From: Neoechinorhynchus agilis
Lineage: Eukaryota > Animalia > Acanthocephala
Assembly: GCA_051530055.1 (NCBI GenBank)
Contig: CM121341.1
Location: 10,828,784 to 10,892,783 of the forward strand
DNA: 64,000 nt
Reading direction: 5' to 3'
Below, piece after piece: positions 1 to 11,554 of this stretch. Position numbers and translations under genes: made by a program. Under the pieces are notes generated by a model. The model had not been told where the DNA came from. It searched no databases and was given only the letters and a program-made list of their open reading frames with translations. How positions within the stretch are numbered: the first letter of the stretch is position 1; each line of letters starts with the position of its first letter.

Positions 1-2459
1 TAAGAATAAAACCAAATTTTAGACAAAAAAATTCTTGTTAAAAAGGAAAAAAGGGGTTCCGTATCAATATTATTTTTAATAAGAATACTGCTAAGCTTAT
101 TCAGCATAGTAAGATAAAATGAAAGTCTGTTTTCTGGGGGCCGGCCTCGTGCGAAAAAGCATATTGAACCCCCTAGAAATATTTTTAACACTTTAGAAAT
201 AAAAGGTGGGGAAATTGATAACCTTTTGGCTCTTTTGATAAAAATATCTGTTTTTGTCAGAAGACTTTTAAAGGAAGAGTTTATAAAAATTCTGTGATTT
301 TTACAGGGGAAATCAACACCTAAAATCTTGGAATGCGATCTAAAATTGATATTAGGGAAATTGAAATTAGAAGATAATTCATTAATTAGAAGCTTCCTCG
401 AAGCCAAGGTTTTAGTAAGTGGAATAAAGAAAGTTTTGTTATTGTTTGTAACTAAATTGGCTTTCCTAAGTTCCGACGACAAAGATTGCATAAAATTGGC
501 TATATTATTCGTTAGAATAGAAGATGTTCTAGCTTTACAAAATAAGAATATATCATCCGCATAAACTAAAGGAAATATGGAAGATGATTTCTTTAAATTT
601 TTGAAAATATATATAAGGGCAATTGAAAATAAGGTGGGCGAGAGTGGAGATCCTTGAGAAACACCATATCTAGAGAAAAATTTAGTGTGAGAAGGGTCCA
701 CCTCATAGTAAAAGGACTTGGATTCCATAAGATAGTTGGTTTTGTAGATAAGATTAAGAGGAACTTTAAGATTAACTAAAGGCTCATAAAGAAAGCCACG
801 ATCCAAGGCATCAAAAGCCTTATTAATATCCAGCTGAATGAGAAGTTTTTGTACATTAATAGCTTCATTCATAGAATTAAGAGAGGATAAAAGCGATGTG
901 ACACCTTTACCTCTAATGAAGCCATGGAAAAAGTCGGGGATTAGCTTTCTACATACTAAAAAGTCATACAGTTTCCCGTTCACCGCTCTTTCTAAGCAAG
1001 AGACGATTGGGTTCTGTATGGAAATTACTCTGATGTGGGATGCGTTAAATATACGTCCTTTCGTTTTGGGAATAAAAATTTTCTTAACAATATTTATGTT
1101 AAGTAGATCATTAAAATCAATTTTCGATAAACGAAATCTACTAAAAAAGATAGATTTTACCTTATCAGAAATAGAACTAAAAATTATGGGTGAAGTGCCA
1201 TTTATATTATACGCTTTAGAGGGGTTAGATTTACAGGCCTTCAGAAAAACTTCAACTTCAAAATTCCACGAAAAGGACTTTTTATTAAAGATGGGAAGTG
1301 GAGAAGAACATGCACTAAGAGTATGTGCCATCAAAATAGACTCAATTACTGCAGGATAAGATATAGACCCTATCCAGTTAGATGCTTTTGCCTTCCAACA
1401 GACCGGTCTTCTTTTCAAAATACAGGACCAAAAGTCCTTACCAAAGGACTTAAGAGAGATCAGCTTCTTTTTGTCCAACGAAACTTGATGATAAAACTTA
1501 GCTGTGTAAATTTTTTTCATAAATAAGTTTTTAAGGGGAGCGTTACCATACAAGTCAGCTATAACAGCATTTTTATAAAATATGTTGGCTTCATGACAAA
1601 CAGGAGGTCGCTTGATCACAGACTTAGTAATTAAATTTTTATGTACAGAGGATAAAATGGCATTGTTAAAGTCAGATAAGGAGGATGAAATGAAAGAGTT
1701 CATAAAAGAAAGGAGATCATTATTAAATTTTGAAAAGCTTTTAGGATTAAAAACGAAAGTGTCCTTAAGAGAGATGCCATTAGATTTAAAAAGGATAAAG
1801 TCATGCCCTAACAATCTCTGTGACTGAAGTTGGGAAGCAGGATAAAATAAAATAGGAATTGACTTTTTAATAATTGCACCATCCAAGAAGGTATGTCTAT
1901 TAGATTTAACATTATGAAAAGAAGGAAATTTGGGGAGCAAAAAATTGTGTAACTTAAAAAAGGGCCTAAAAGCATTTAAAAAATTACTATTGAAGTCGCC
2001 TACGATAAAGTCAGGATTCCAGTAACGGAGGATATGCATAAAAGATTTAGTAAATATACCCACGTGTCTGGGTTGAATATACAAGTTGCAAAGGATAAGA
2101 GTAGGAGAGAAAAAAGATGAGGTTCCATATAAGGGATTATTAAAAGAAATAATTTGCATTGCAAAAGAAATATTTTTAGTTTGAAAGAGAAGTTTAGAAG
2201 AGTGAGATGTAAGAATAAATGTTTGAAGTCCTCCAGAAAATCCAATGTGCTGATTGGTTGATGTGGAGCGAGGGAGAAGAACATGAGAATCATAATTATC
2301 GAAGAGAAGCATTTTAGAAAAGCCGGTTTCTTGAAAACACAGCATGTTAACATAGTTATCAACTACACAAGGAGCAAGAAAATTAGGAAGACTAGAAGCC
2401 CTAGAGGCATTATATGTGATGAAAGAGAAAGGACATTCCTTATAATTGGAACAAGTCAT
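1..2459 (-). CDS. LINE family A ORF2 (APE endonuclease + reverse transcriptase), partial at window edge
   Basis: Hand translation from ATG at 2459 to base 1 shows no stop. Motifs: TYNA, LCFQET, CNLYIQP, IVGDFN, FLDGA, LLGHD; RT FHGFIRGK, LDINKAFD (~800), GVSQGSPLSP (~640), VYADD (~555), KILGV. Absent from the ORF track because it runs off the window. Confidence 0.9.
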   Translation of the reverse strand, partial: MTCSNYKECPFSFITYNASRASSLPNFLAPCVVDNYVNMLCFQETGFSKMLLFDNYDSHVLLPRSTSTNQHIGFSGGLQTFILTSHSSKLLFQTKNISFAMQIISFNNPLYGTSSFFSPTLILCNLYIQPRHVGIFTKSFMHILRYWNPDFIVGDFNSNFLNAFRPFFKLHNFLLPKFPSFHNVKSNRHTFLDGAIIKKSIPILFYPASQLQSQRLLGHDFILFKSNGISLKDTFVFNPKSFSKFNNDLLSFMNSFISSSLSDFNNAILSSVHKNLITKSVIKRPPVCHEANIFYKNAVIADLYGNAPLKNLFMKKIYTAKFYHQVSLDKKKLISLKSFGKDFWSCILKRRPVCWKAKASNWIGSISYPAVIESILMAHTLSACSSPLPIFNKKSFSWNFEVEVFLKACKSNPSKAYNINGTSPIIFSSISDKVKSIFFSRFRLSKIDFNDLLNINIVKKIFIPKTKGRIFNASHIRVISIQNPIVSCLERAVNGKLYDFLVCRKLIPDFFHGFIRGKGVTSLLSSLNSMNEAINVQKLLIQLDINKAFDALDRGFLYEPLVNLKVPLNLIYKTNYLMESKSFYYEVDPSHTKFFSRYGVSQGSPLSPTLFSIALIYIFKNLKKSSSIFPLVYADDIFLFCKARTSSILTNNIANFMQSLSSELRKANLVTNNNKTFFIPLTKTLASRKLLINELSSNFNFPNINFRSHSKILGVDFPCKNHRIFINSSFKSLLTKTDIFIKRAKRLSISPPFISKVLKIFLGGSICFFARGRPPENRLSFYLTMLNKLSSILIKNNIDTEPLFSFLTRIFLSKIWFYS

Positions 2460-3757
2460 TAAATGAATTTAGGACGTTTGGAATCTATAGATTCCAAGTT
2501 ACGCAAAGATGGGGAAATATCTCTTTTATAATTTTCACAATCGATCCAGTTATTAAAGTTAAATAATCTAGAAAAATTGTCGGAGGTAGAGTCTGGTGTA
2601 GAAAGATTTTCCAGTTTGTGAAGGATCAAAGTAAGGATGTACTTAAGTAATGAAATTTCTTTATCGGGATAAAGTTGAGAAGTATTAATGGAAGATTTTA
2701 AACTATCAAGAAAGGATTTTTCCGGAGGTTTGGGGGGAAGTTTAGGCTTGTGACCATCAGGGGAAGGTTGAGTCTTCGACTCCTTAGAGGAAAAACCGTC
2801 CGAAGAGAAAGGATTATGTTGTGGATAGAATTCTCTATAACTAGAATTATGGAATACTCGCTGCTTCGATGGTATGGAATCGTCAAAATATTTTTGCGCG
2901 AATTTGCAAGAACGTGCAAAGGCCGGATGATTCTTGCCACAGTTTGCACAGGTAGCAGCATCAGAATTGGAGCAAGATGATTTGTGATGAGGACCTGCAC
3001 AAAAGATGCATCTGGAGGGGAAGACACAGTCAGATTCGTGGTGCCCCCATCTCGAACACCTCTGACATATCGTCAAATTATAATCATAGATAGAGTCCCT
3101 GTATCGGTCGAAAGTGACCCAGTATGAGAAAAAACCCCTGCCGGAGTTAGCTAGACTCTCGGCGACATTGATAGTAGCTGAACATAGGATGGCGTAGGCT
3201 GAACTAGCGTTGGGTCTAAACAGATATTTGACCAGTTTTATACCTAACTCATCCTCAATTTTGCGAAAATCAGTAGTATCCAAGTCTTGAGGAGGATTCC
3301 TCATTAGAAAGGTGACTCTACGAGATAGGTCAACAGATTGGATGCATAACTCCCCTAGCATCTTAGAAAAGAGGTCTTTACCGGCCGCATCGAAAAAAAT
3401 AAAAAGGATGTGGAATTTGGTCACAGAGAACCTCTTTATCAAAAAATTCATATGTTTCTCACGACCATTCGGCAGTAAATACTTCTCGAAGAAATAACGC
3501 GAGAAATAGGAGGGGGAGTTAGTGCCCATGGCTTCTTTGGGAATTTTGATAACGAAATCCTCTTTCCTAACAGGACGCTTAAACCTTGATGCGTCGATAG
3601 AATGTTCCATCTGATCCCCTATGGAAACTTGTGCACAATCATTCAAAACTTCACAATCACTCGGGGGGAGGGGGATAGTAGGAACAAACCTTAATCTAGG
3701 CATGTCGGAAATAGGGTTTACCTGATTGCTGATATTCGAAGCGCAATTTTGCATCAC
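2459..3757 (-). CDS. LINE family A ORF1 (gag-like nucleic-acid chaperone, 432 aa)
   Basis: CQRCSRWGHHESDC / CIFCAGPHHKSSC / CANCGKNHPAFARSC triple zinc knuckle; lies immediately upstream of ORF2. Confidence 0.92.
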   Translation of the reverse strand: MMQNCASNISNQVNPISDMPRLRFVPTIPLPPSDCEVLNDCAQVSIGDQMEHSIDASRFKRPVRKEDFVIKIPKEAMGTNSPSYFSRYFFEKYLLPNGREKHMNFLIKRFSVTKFHILFIFFDAAGKDLFSKMLGELCIQSVDLSRRVTFLMRNPPQDLDTTDFRKIEDELGIKLVKYLFRPNASSAYAILCSATINVAESLANSGRGFFSYWVTFDRYRDSIYDYNLTICQRCSRWGHHESDCVFPSRCIFCAGPHHKSSCSNSDAATCANCGKNHPAFARSCKFAQKYFDDSIPSKQRVFHNSSYREFYPQHNPFSSDGFSSKESKTQPSPDGHKPKLPPKPPEKSFLDSLKSSINTSQLYPDKEISLLKYILTLILHKLENLSTPDSTSDNFSRLFNFNNWIDCENYKRDISPSLRNLESIDSKRPKFI

Positions 3758-3788
3758 GAAACAGCGCTTTTGTACGTTTTTTTGATAT

Positions 3789-6715
3789 GAATATAAAGAA
3801 AATAACTCATAAACTAACAGTATGCCTGTATTAATAATAATAATAAAATATTACTCACGTGCATTGCGACGCTTCCGTTCGTATTCGGTACGATGGTAAA
3901 TCGAATCAACCATCAGCCTCATATATTTCGCGTAATTTTTTTGTCAAAAAAGTTGTGCTCCGAACAATGATCAAAATGATCAAAATAATCAAGCTTCCAT
4001 TGATCCATGGCCTCCGGATGACTATGGAGGGGGAAAGATGGATATGGATTATAAGGTTAGCGATGGGGAAGGTAATTTGGAGGTTATGTTGAAGGATAGC
4101 GGCATGAAGAAGGTTGTTTTGGAGAGTAGTGGGCTGTCGGCCCCCCATCACGGTGAATGTTCTGATTCAGTGTTCAGAGGTGTTTTTCGGTTGCCGAGAA
4201 GGAGAGATGATTTTGTGTTAAAAATTTATAAAGAGGATTTAGGAGATTTAAGGGCAAGTGATTTAACGAAGATATACTTTTCGGAAGGTTTAAAACCTAA
4301 TAACTTTAGTGGTGACAGAAGATATCCGATTAAAAAATGTTTTAGGACCAAGTGGGCGGTGCTAATGATTTTCTTGAAAGTTGAAGGAATGAAACTATTT
4401 GAGGAGCTTCTTCGTAGTAAAAATATTAGGTATAAAAATATATCAAGGAAAGTATTAATGCCCAGTGGAGGTGGAGTAATCCATAATAATATTGGTTTCT
4501 CAGGTGGACTACAGTCTTATGTTCATAAGAGATTTAGACCTAAGCTTTTATTTCAGGTAAAGCACGAGTATTTTGCGGCCCAATCAATAGCGATCTAGGG
4601 GATGGGTGATTCATATCGTTTTAGTGGTAGATGGATTATGGCTAATTTATATGTTGCGCCAAGGAGACTTACATGGTTTAAGAATAACAGAGAGAAGTGG
4701 TTTAAGACATGGGATCCAGACATTATTGTGGGTGCCTTAAACTCCAACGGGTTTAGTGGTTTCTCACATTGGGAAGAAGAATACATTTTTCACCTCACTC
4801 CTTTCCCATCGTTTCATAATTTTACAAAATCTGTACATTCTTTTTTTGGACGTTATATGTAAAAAAGAGTTAAATATTCAGGTGGGAGTGTTGGGGCTGT
4901 TTCTTGAACGACTTAGGATGGAACTCGATTTGATTATATTTGGGTTGGGAATTATGGATCTTAAATCAAGAGTCGTTTGGAATGATTCGATCAGGTCCTT
5001 AGGATCCTCAGATACCTCCGGAGGCGGGACTCATCAGTGAGTTTCCTCCCTTCAGCGGTATTTCGTCCCCTTTGGCTGTGCGTCATTGGTAGTAACGGAT
5101 TCGAACCACTTGATCCCTAATCGGGATCACGGGCATTAGTCCACTTGACCACCTCGACACAACTACGAAATGTCAAACTCAGCCAGTTTATCGACTCGGG
5201 GTGAGCGCTGTGTTCTATTTTAAGTTTTACTGGCAAGCCGGTATTGTTATCATCATTAAATTAAACTTAAAATACCTAAAGTTAAAGGAAAGATTAAATC
5301 TCCGAGTGATATTAGGTTTATATCGATTCAAAACCCCATCATTTTTCTTGTGGAGAAAGTAATAAACGATGAATTAATGGGGATTCTCAGTAGAAGGGAT
5401 CTTATTCCGAAATGTTTTCATGGTTTTGTACCGGGAAAGCGAGTGGGAACACTAATTAATGAGTAATGTATTTTACAGAAATCGGTGCTTAAGGTTAATA
5501 AGGTTTTATTACAGGTTGATGTTAATAAGGCGTTCTACACTATTAGCATGAATTTTATATATAAGACTTTTTTAGACTTGAAGCTCCCCAAGAAGCTTCG
5601 TGGTCGTATTCAGTTTTTATTGGAATCAAAGGCATATTTTTTAGAGGTTGATCCGTTGAAAAGTCTTTTTTATTCTAAGTTAGGGGTTCCGCAGGGTTCA
5701 CCATCGTCCCGACATTATTTTTAATTGGCATGATTTGTATTATTAGGAAATTGAAGAAGTTATCCAGAGTGAGAATTTTATTCTACGCAGATGATATTTT
5801 CTTTTTTATTTTTCATAAGAAGAAGGAAGTTTTATGTCGCATAGTGAATTCGGTACTATATAAACTTGACAAGTGCTTAGAGGATGCGAATTTAAGCACT
5901 AATTGAAGAAAAACAACGCTTGTCCCTTTGACTGATTCCAATGTGGCTCATAAGCAGTTATATGCTAAATTTTTAGAGGATCCGCGCACTCAAATGATGA
6001 AGGTTTCAAGATGGTCTAAAGTGCTTGGGATAAACGTTCCTTCTACTAGAAGAAGAGTTGTCTTGAACTCGGCTCTAGGATCTACATTTCTCAAAGTTGC
6101 AGCAATTGCGAGGAGGATCAGGTTGTTGGCTGTGACGATATGTCATCCTGTGGAAATTATGAAGACGACTCTGGCTTGCTCATTCTGTTTTTTTGGGAGA
6201 GGAAGGCCGCCCGAGGTGCGGATTGATTTTGGCGTCTGGCTTATCAAACGAGTATGGAAAGTTTTGAAAAATTTGGAAATTTCAATAAGAGAATTGGTGG
6301 AATCGTTTTTATGGCGTATTTTTATAACAAAGATTTTGAATTACTCACACGAGAACTGGAAAAGATGTTCTATAAATGATGAACATACGTTCAACGAGAT
6401 TGTGAGGCGACTGAAAGGACGAAACAGGGAGAAAGTAGATTCTTGGAAAAAGGAGAACGGACTCTGAATTTATATTGTGAGAGCCATTTGTTACTTAGTC
6501 CTTTTGTTATTTTATAAGATGTACTTATTTTATCCGTAATCATACACGTACTCCACCAATATTTTTTGTTATTGGGCTGCTACAGGGAGGGGAGTCGTGT
6601 CTAAAAAGGCTTCTGAGTATGCCAAATTATCCCGCGGGGAATAATTCTTTTGTTATGTCAATTTGGTTACTTCCTTCCTGATGTCGAGGCTCAGAGATCA
6701 GCAATTTATTGAATC
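3789..6715 (+). mobile_element. LINE family B, internally deleted and decayed copy, head-to-head with family A
   Basis: Colinear with 51953-56129 but lacks ~1.1 kb (jump at ~4452 from ORF1 into the endonuclease) and ~0.44 kb (4997-5270 replaced). Retains VDVNKAF, GVPQGSP, FYADD, GRGRPP. Confidence 0.88.
5087..5158 (-). mobile_element. tRNA-derived Pol III head (SINE-like), not a functional tRNA
   Basis: A-box TGGTCAAGTGG (5151-5141) and B-box GGTTCGAATCC (5107-5097), ends in ACCA; acceptor stem does not pair. Confidence 0.55.
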
Positions 6716-7615
6716 AGGAGGGAACAGTATTAGACAAGGGAACATGGAGTAGACGAGAATGGTGGATGAGTATTGCTTGTGTCCGATCGGCAGCAACGAG
6801 AGACTAATGTTCGTGAACATACCACTTCAATCTTCCGGTTCATCAGTACCACTTACCCACCTTACGGCCATCTCAGCATAAGGCGAAAATAGCCGGATTG
6901 GTTCGATGAGAATGACGCAGAAATTAAACGTTTCATAGATCGGAGAAGAAAACGAAAACGGCCTTAGAAAACGATCGCCGCTCAACCATCAAACAAATGG
7001 AGTTCCGAAAAGCGAAAGCACTCGCGTAAAAGCGCATTCGCCAAATTCAAAACGATTGGTGGATTGGCAAATCCAGAGAACTCCAACAACATGCAGACAG
7101 ACATCACATGAGGGACTTTTTCTCAGGCGTCCGCGTGGTTTACGGTCCTACTCCACAGAAGTCCGCCCCATTAAAAGGCATCGACGGCTCCACAGCGACC
7201 ACTGAAGAAGATATACGTCAATGTTGGAGAACATACTTTTCCGATCTCCTCAATGTACCATCAACAGCATCTCAAGATGCGCTCAATGCTGTACCTCAAC
7301 TGGCGGCAAAACCGCACCTGGAAACTCTTCATGAACTGAAACGTGCTATCGCTCAGCTGAAGGACGATAAATCTCCTGGCCCAGACAATATCCCTGCCGA
7401 AGTTTTCAAGTATGGAGGAGACAAGGTCCAAAGCAACCTATATCAAATCGTCGTAGAAATTTGGAAATCAGGAGATACCCAGGAGACTAGAAATTCAATT
7501 ATTATACCGATCTTCGCTGAGTTCGCATCATTTTCCTCAGTGCATACCTGTCATCGGCACAACAGTCATGAACAAGAAATTGGCGGATGATATATTAACC
7601 TTTGATTTTTGTATG
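6716..7615 (+). mobile_element. RTE-clade LINE fragment (end of endonuclease, linker, start of RT)
   Basis: DWFDENDAEI, MRDFFSGVRVVYGP, CWRTYFSDLLN, KSPGPDNIPAEVFKYGG are typical of RTE/BovB-like ORFs. Confidence 0.85.
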
Positions 7616-7891
7616 TGTCATTTTTCCTAGTTAACGCTTACCGATTTCAATTTTTATCTTACTTGATGAACCGAGATACTCATGTGCAATGCTTACTTGA
7701 TTCGAGGATCCGAGAGTCGTCCGCGAAATAAATCTTTCAACATGGTACCACCATACAAACTCAAATTGCGACTATGCTTTATTTTAGAAAAAATTATGAA
7801 ACTACCACGCCCATCGATTACTGTATTTCGTTCAATCTCCACTCTCGGTCGAAAGTCCTTGTCTATTGCGTCTTCTACTGTGGTGGTTTTT

Positions 7892-8323
7892 TCATCTTGG
7901 ATTCTCGTCATTATTTTCATTACAGCGATTTGCGCTCCGATCGCAGTACTCGTTAACATATTTTGTAATAATATCGGCATTTTTATTACCTTCCGCCGTA
8001 CCGAGTATTCTAGAATTGTGAGCAACTTCAAGGAGATAATGCATGCAAAGTTCCTCATTTTTCAAAAGATCGACGAATATACCCTTATAAAACTGCAAAC
8101 AAAGTCCAATCAGACTGGAATTCACGAACCCATTGAAGACTCTTGGCGCAAAATTGTTTTGTTGATTCTCTTGGATTTTGTAATTAAATTGTGGCATCGC
8201 TTGAAATGAATATTGTTGATCACAAGGATGGAAGTATGATCTCGGATGAGTAAGGGCTTCCGGCATCGTAACGTTTGTCATTGAAGGCGGATATAGCACC
8301 AAATAAGGATTACAAAAATGCAT
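7892..8323 (-). CDS. Orphan ORF U, copy U1 (tail frameshifted, 143 aa)
   Basis: Same ORF as 22124-22615 and 57218-57709; no recognisable domain. Confidence 0.4.
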   Translation of the reverse strand: MHFCNPYLVLYPPSMTNVTMPEALTHPRSYFHPCDQQYSFQAMPQFNYKIQENQQNNFAPRVFNGFVNSSLIGLCLQFYKGIFVDLLKNEELCMHYLLEVAHNSRILGTAEGNKNADIITKYVNEYCDRSANRCNENNDENPR

Positions 8324-8614
8324 CGGCGAGAGATTGTGAGTCTAAGAACCCATCAACCGGGAAAATAGGCGGAACATAAACAAATAATTAGAGCGTAACA
8401 TTGAAATGTTTTGTAAACAACTCGATTTGTTTTCCGGCAAATTACGGTATTTATCAGCAAATGTCCGTATTCGAGTGAACCCAAAGAATTAGTTGGCCTT
8501 TCTAAAGCGCTGTTTTAATTAAAAAAGCAAAAGATATGTGCATGGGATTGGCTTCAGTATTTTTCACGAGAAATAAAGTTAATTTCAAATCCCAGTAGCC
8601 TACGAGATTTTTAA

Positions 8615-10830
8615 GTAACCCTGTTAGATGTCTTGAAAGCAGTCGGTTTTAAATTATCATTTAAGGACGCTACGCGTCTCCCAAACATCATTTCAGCAGG
8701 GCGCTTCTGAGTTATAGTATGCGGAGTATTCCTGTAACACATTAGAAAGTTGTGCAGGCTAAGATGTGGCCTCGCTCGTCTTTTCAGGGTACCCATTAAT
8801 CTCTCTGCTAGAACATTTGTCTTTGGGTGATTTATGGAACTCCTACAATGTTTAATTCCGTTTTCGTCAAAAAATGTTCGGAATTCCTTCGAGACGAATT
8901 GAGGTCCGTTATCGGACACGATTCGTTCCGGGATTCAAAATCTTGCAAATGCTTCTCTCGAGCACTTGGTGGTCATCTGTGTTGTGAAACTTGGTTTCAA
9001 CCGCACCTCTGGCCACTTAGAAATGCATCCACTGCTACAAGAAAAAACATTCCATTAGTAGGACCGGCGAAATCTAAATGAATTCTTTTCCATGGTCCAG
9101 CGGGGATATCTCATGGAAATAATGGTTGTTGACTGTTATGTCTGACATTCTGCGCAGCAGCCCACATGTTCTTGGATTTCTCTATCCAGCCCCGGTGATT
9201 TGTCGTCTGCTGCAAATTCCGTTTTTCTCCAAAAATATATTGCAACGGCTTGTGGTCACTGATCAACGTGAAAGCGCGACCCATTAAATAGAAATTAAAA
9301 TCTGTAACACCATAGACCAACGCTAACGCCTCCCGTGCAATCCGGGCATATCTTTGCTCAGTAGAAAATCTTGTAGTCAATGATGTCGGTCCGTCGTTCC
9401 ATATCCGTTGATGACTCTCTCTTTGAAGGTTCGTACCATCCGTTCTGCTAGCCCATTAGATTTAGGATGATAAGATGTGACTCGTGAAATTTGAATTCCA
9501 TTATCTTGCATGAATTTCTGGAACTCTCGAAGTGAATGGTGGCCCATTATCACTAATAATTTCTCCGGGAACTCCCATACGTGCGAATATCTCCCTCAAT
9601 GTTTGTATTACCATTGCTGCTGTTGTCGATCTCTATGATTTCAAGCCATTTCGTTGTTACGTCCACCAGAATAAGATATGAAATTCAGTCGCATGGCCCT
9701 GCGAAATCGATATGGACGCGTTCCTATTTTTCGGACGAAATATTGCATTCTCCAAGAGGGTGTGGGGGTTCCTGTGCCCTCTTCATCTGACATTTCTCAC
9801 ACCGATTAACGCAGCTTTCAATATCCACATCTAGTTTGGGCCACCACACATAGTATTGCTCTAGGTTTTTCATCGCCACGATTTCCGGGTGACCTTGGTG
9901 TAACACTGATGATACTGAGTTCCGCAATTCACTAGGAACGATGATTCGACTTGACATCATGACTATGCCTCCCTCGACCGATAGTTCGCCTTTACGGCTC
10001 GCATATGGATGGAACGAAGTGGGGACCTTGTTAGGTCAATTTGTTTCGACATATCTTCGCACCGTACATAATTCTGAATCTCTTCCTGTTGCAGCTTTCG
10101 GAGAGTCCAGTGACAATGTCAAGACCCCAGATATTTCATTTGGAGTCCATTCAGCTATATCGATGGTTAAAAGATCGTCTTCCTTGCCTGAACTGAACTG
10201 TGATAGTACATCTGCCATAGTATTTTCCCTGCCTTTGATGTGGACCAGGTGATAATCATATTGGGACAAGACAGTCGCCCAACGAACTAATCTGTGATTT
10301 GTCGTCTTCTGCAAATTCCGTTTTTCTCCAAAAATATATTGCGATAGCTTCCACCGCTTCCTCCTGTTCCTCGCCCCAGTTCCAGCTCACTTCTTTTTTA
10401 ACAGACTATATAGAGGAACGCACTTGGATTGCAGGTTCGATATGAATCTTTCAACAAAATTGACCGCCCCTAGAAACGCTCGTAGCTCAGTTAAGTTGGT
10501 CGGACTGATCCCTCCTCATCCGGTTTATCTGATTATCTTCGAGGATATGCCCCAGAAATTTGACTCTTGGTTGCATAAACGAACACTTATCGTTCCTAGC
10601 TTTCAAGCCACTATCTAATAACCTTTTGAGCACTTCTTTAGGATTCTCGAGATGAGATCGTTCATTACTTCCCGTCACAATCGCATCATCCAAATAGACC
10701 AAAACGTTCGGAATTCCATGCAGCAGGTTACTCATGTAACGTTGAAAAATAAGTGGGCGGACGACACTCCATAAGGTAGCACCCGATTCTCTTGTAGAGA
10801 CTGTCGCCAATCGAATTCAGTTCACCGGCT
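8615..10830 (-). mobile_element. Rearranged Ty3/gypsy pol fragments (RT, RNase H, two integrase cores)
   Basis: LVYLDDAIVTG, KCSFMQPRVKFLGH, REALALVYGV..SDHKPL, RWATVLSQYDY, LHQGHP..WWPKLDVDIESCVNRCEKCQ, IHLDFAGP, SDNGPQF. Confidence 0.9.
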
Positions 10831-10986
10831 ACGGCCGCATCCGCGATGAACACATCGCTATATACTTTATATTATATTGTTATTTCTGGCTTGAATTGTT
10901 TGCAACCTATGGTATATTTTTTGTCAGTTTTTTACTTCGTGCCTGCTTTTACACTTGTTGTAAAGCATCCACACGGAGCGGTCCTG

Positions 10987-11550
10987 TTAGCGATCGCGAC
11001 ATTCAATCATCGCTTGTGTGGAATTAACGCAGTCGTTCCTAAATCTCAACCGCTTAGCTACTGGTTCAAAATCTTCATTCCTGTTTTTTGTAGACTTGTG
11101 TAATATTAGTAGCAGTTTCTCAGCTCTCTCCTGTTCCCGTGGAAATTTCTTTGGTATTTCGATTTTGATAGCTCTGTCTAAGCATACCTTGTCACCCTTC
11201 TGCGACTGCCAAATGTTTGATCCGCCATACTTAGAGAATTTATCTTCCATCTCTGGGAACAACCTGAGGAGGATATGACCGAATAGTGTGATAACTGTGT
11301 AATTTGGATCCCCAGCGGGACCCTTGTTGAGGACCGTTCCTATGAGCTTAAAGGTCAAATCATTTCCGTGCACCTGCAGTGGAGCCGCCTTCCAATCCTA
11401 CTCCAATCTATCCACAGAGGTTTGCTTACTATCTTGTAGATAACAAAGCTTGCTAGACAGAACTTTATCCAGCATTTCTATGAAGTCGGAAGTGCCGCTG
11501 ACATATTTTTCCACATGTCGTGATCTCCTGACTACCTTGTTGAATTTTTT
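10987..11550 (-). pseudogene. Orphan coding remnant X (~188 codons with one in-frame TAG)
   Basis: 128-aa ORF extends upstream in frame through one stop; same stop in the 60495-61058 copy; no family recognised. Confidence 0.3.
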
Positions 11551-11554
11551 TTAT

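Larger units (their letters stand above)
1..3785 (-). mobile_element. Non-LTR retrotransposon (LINE family A): ORF1 + APE-RT ORF2, apparently intact; 3' end lies outside the window
   Basis: Gag-like ORF1 with three CCHC knuckles followed directly by an uninterrupted endonuclease/RT ORF. Confidence 0.93.

Noticed and set aside
328-1827. Plus-strand ORFs (328, 838, 1323, 1612) and similar short ORFs opposite TE genes throughout
   Set aside because: Antisense shadows of the LINE, gypsy and CRE coding frames.
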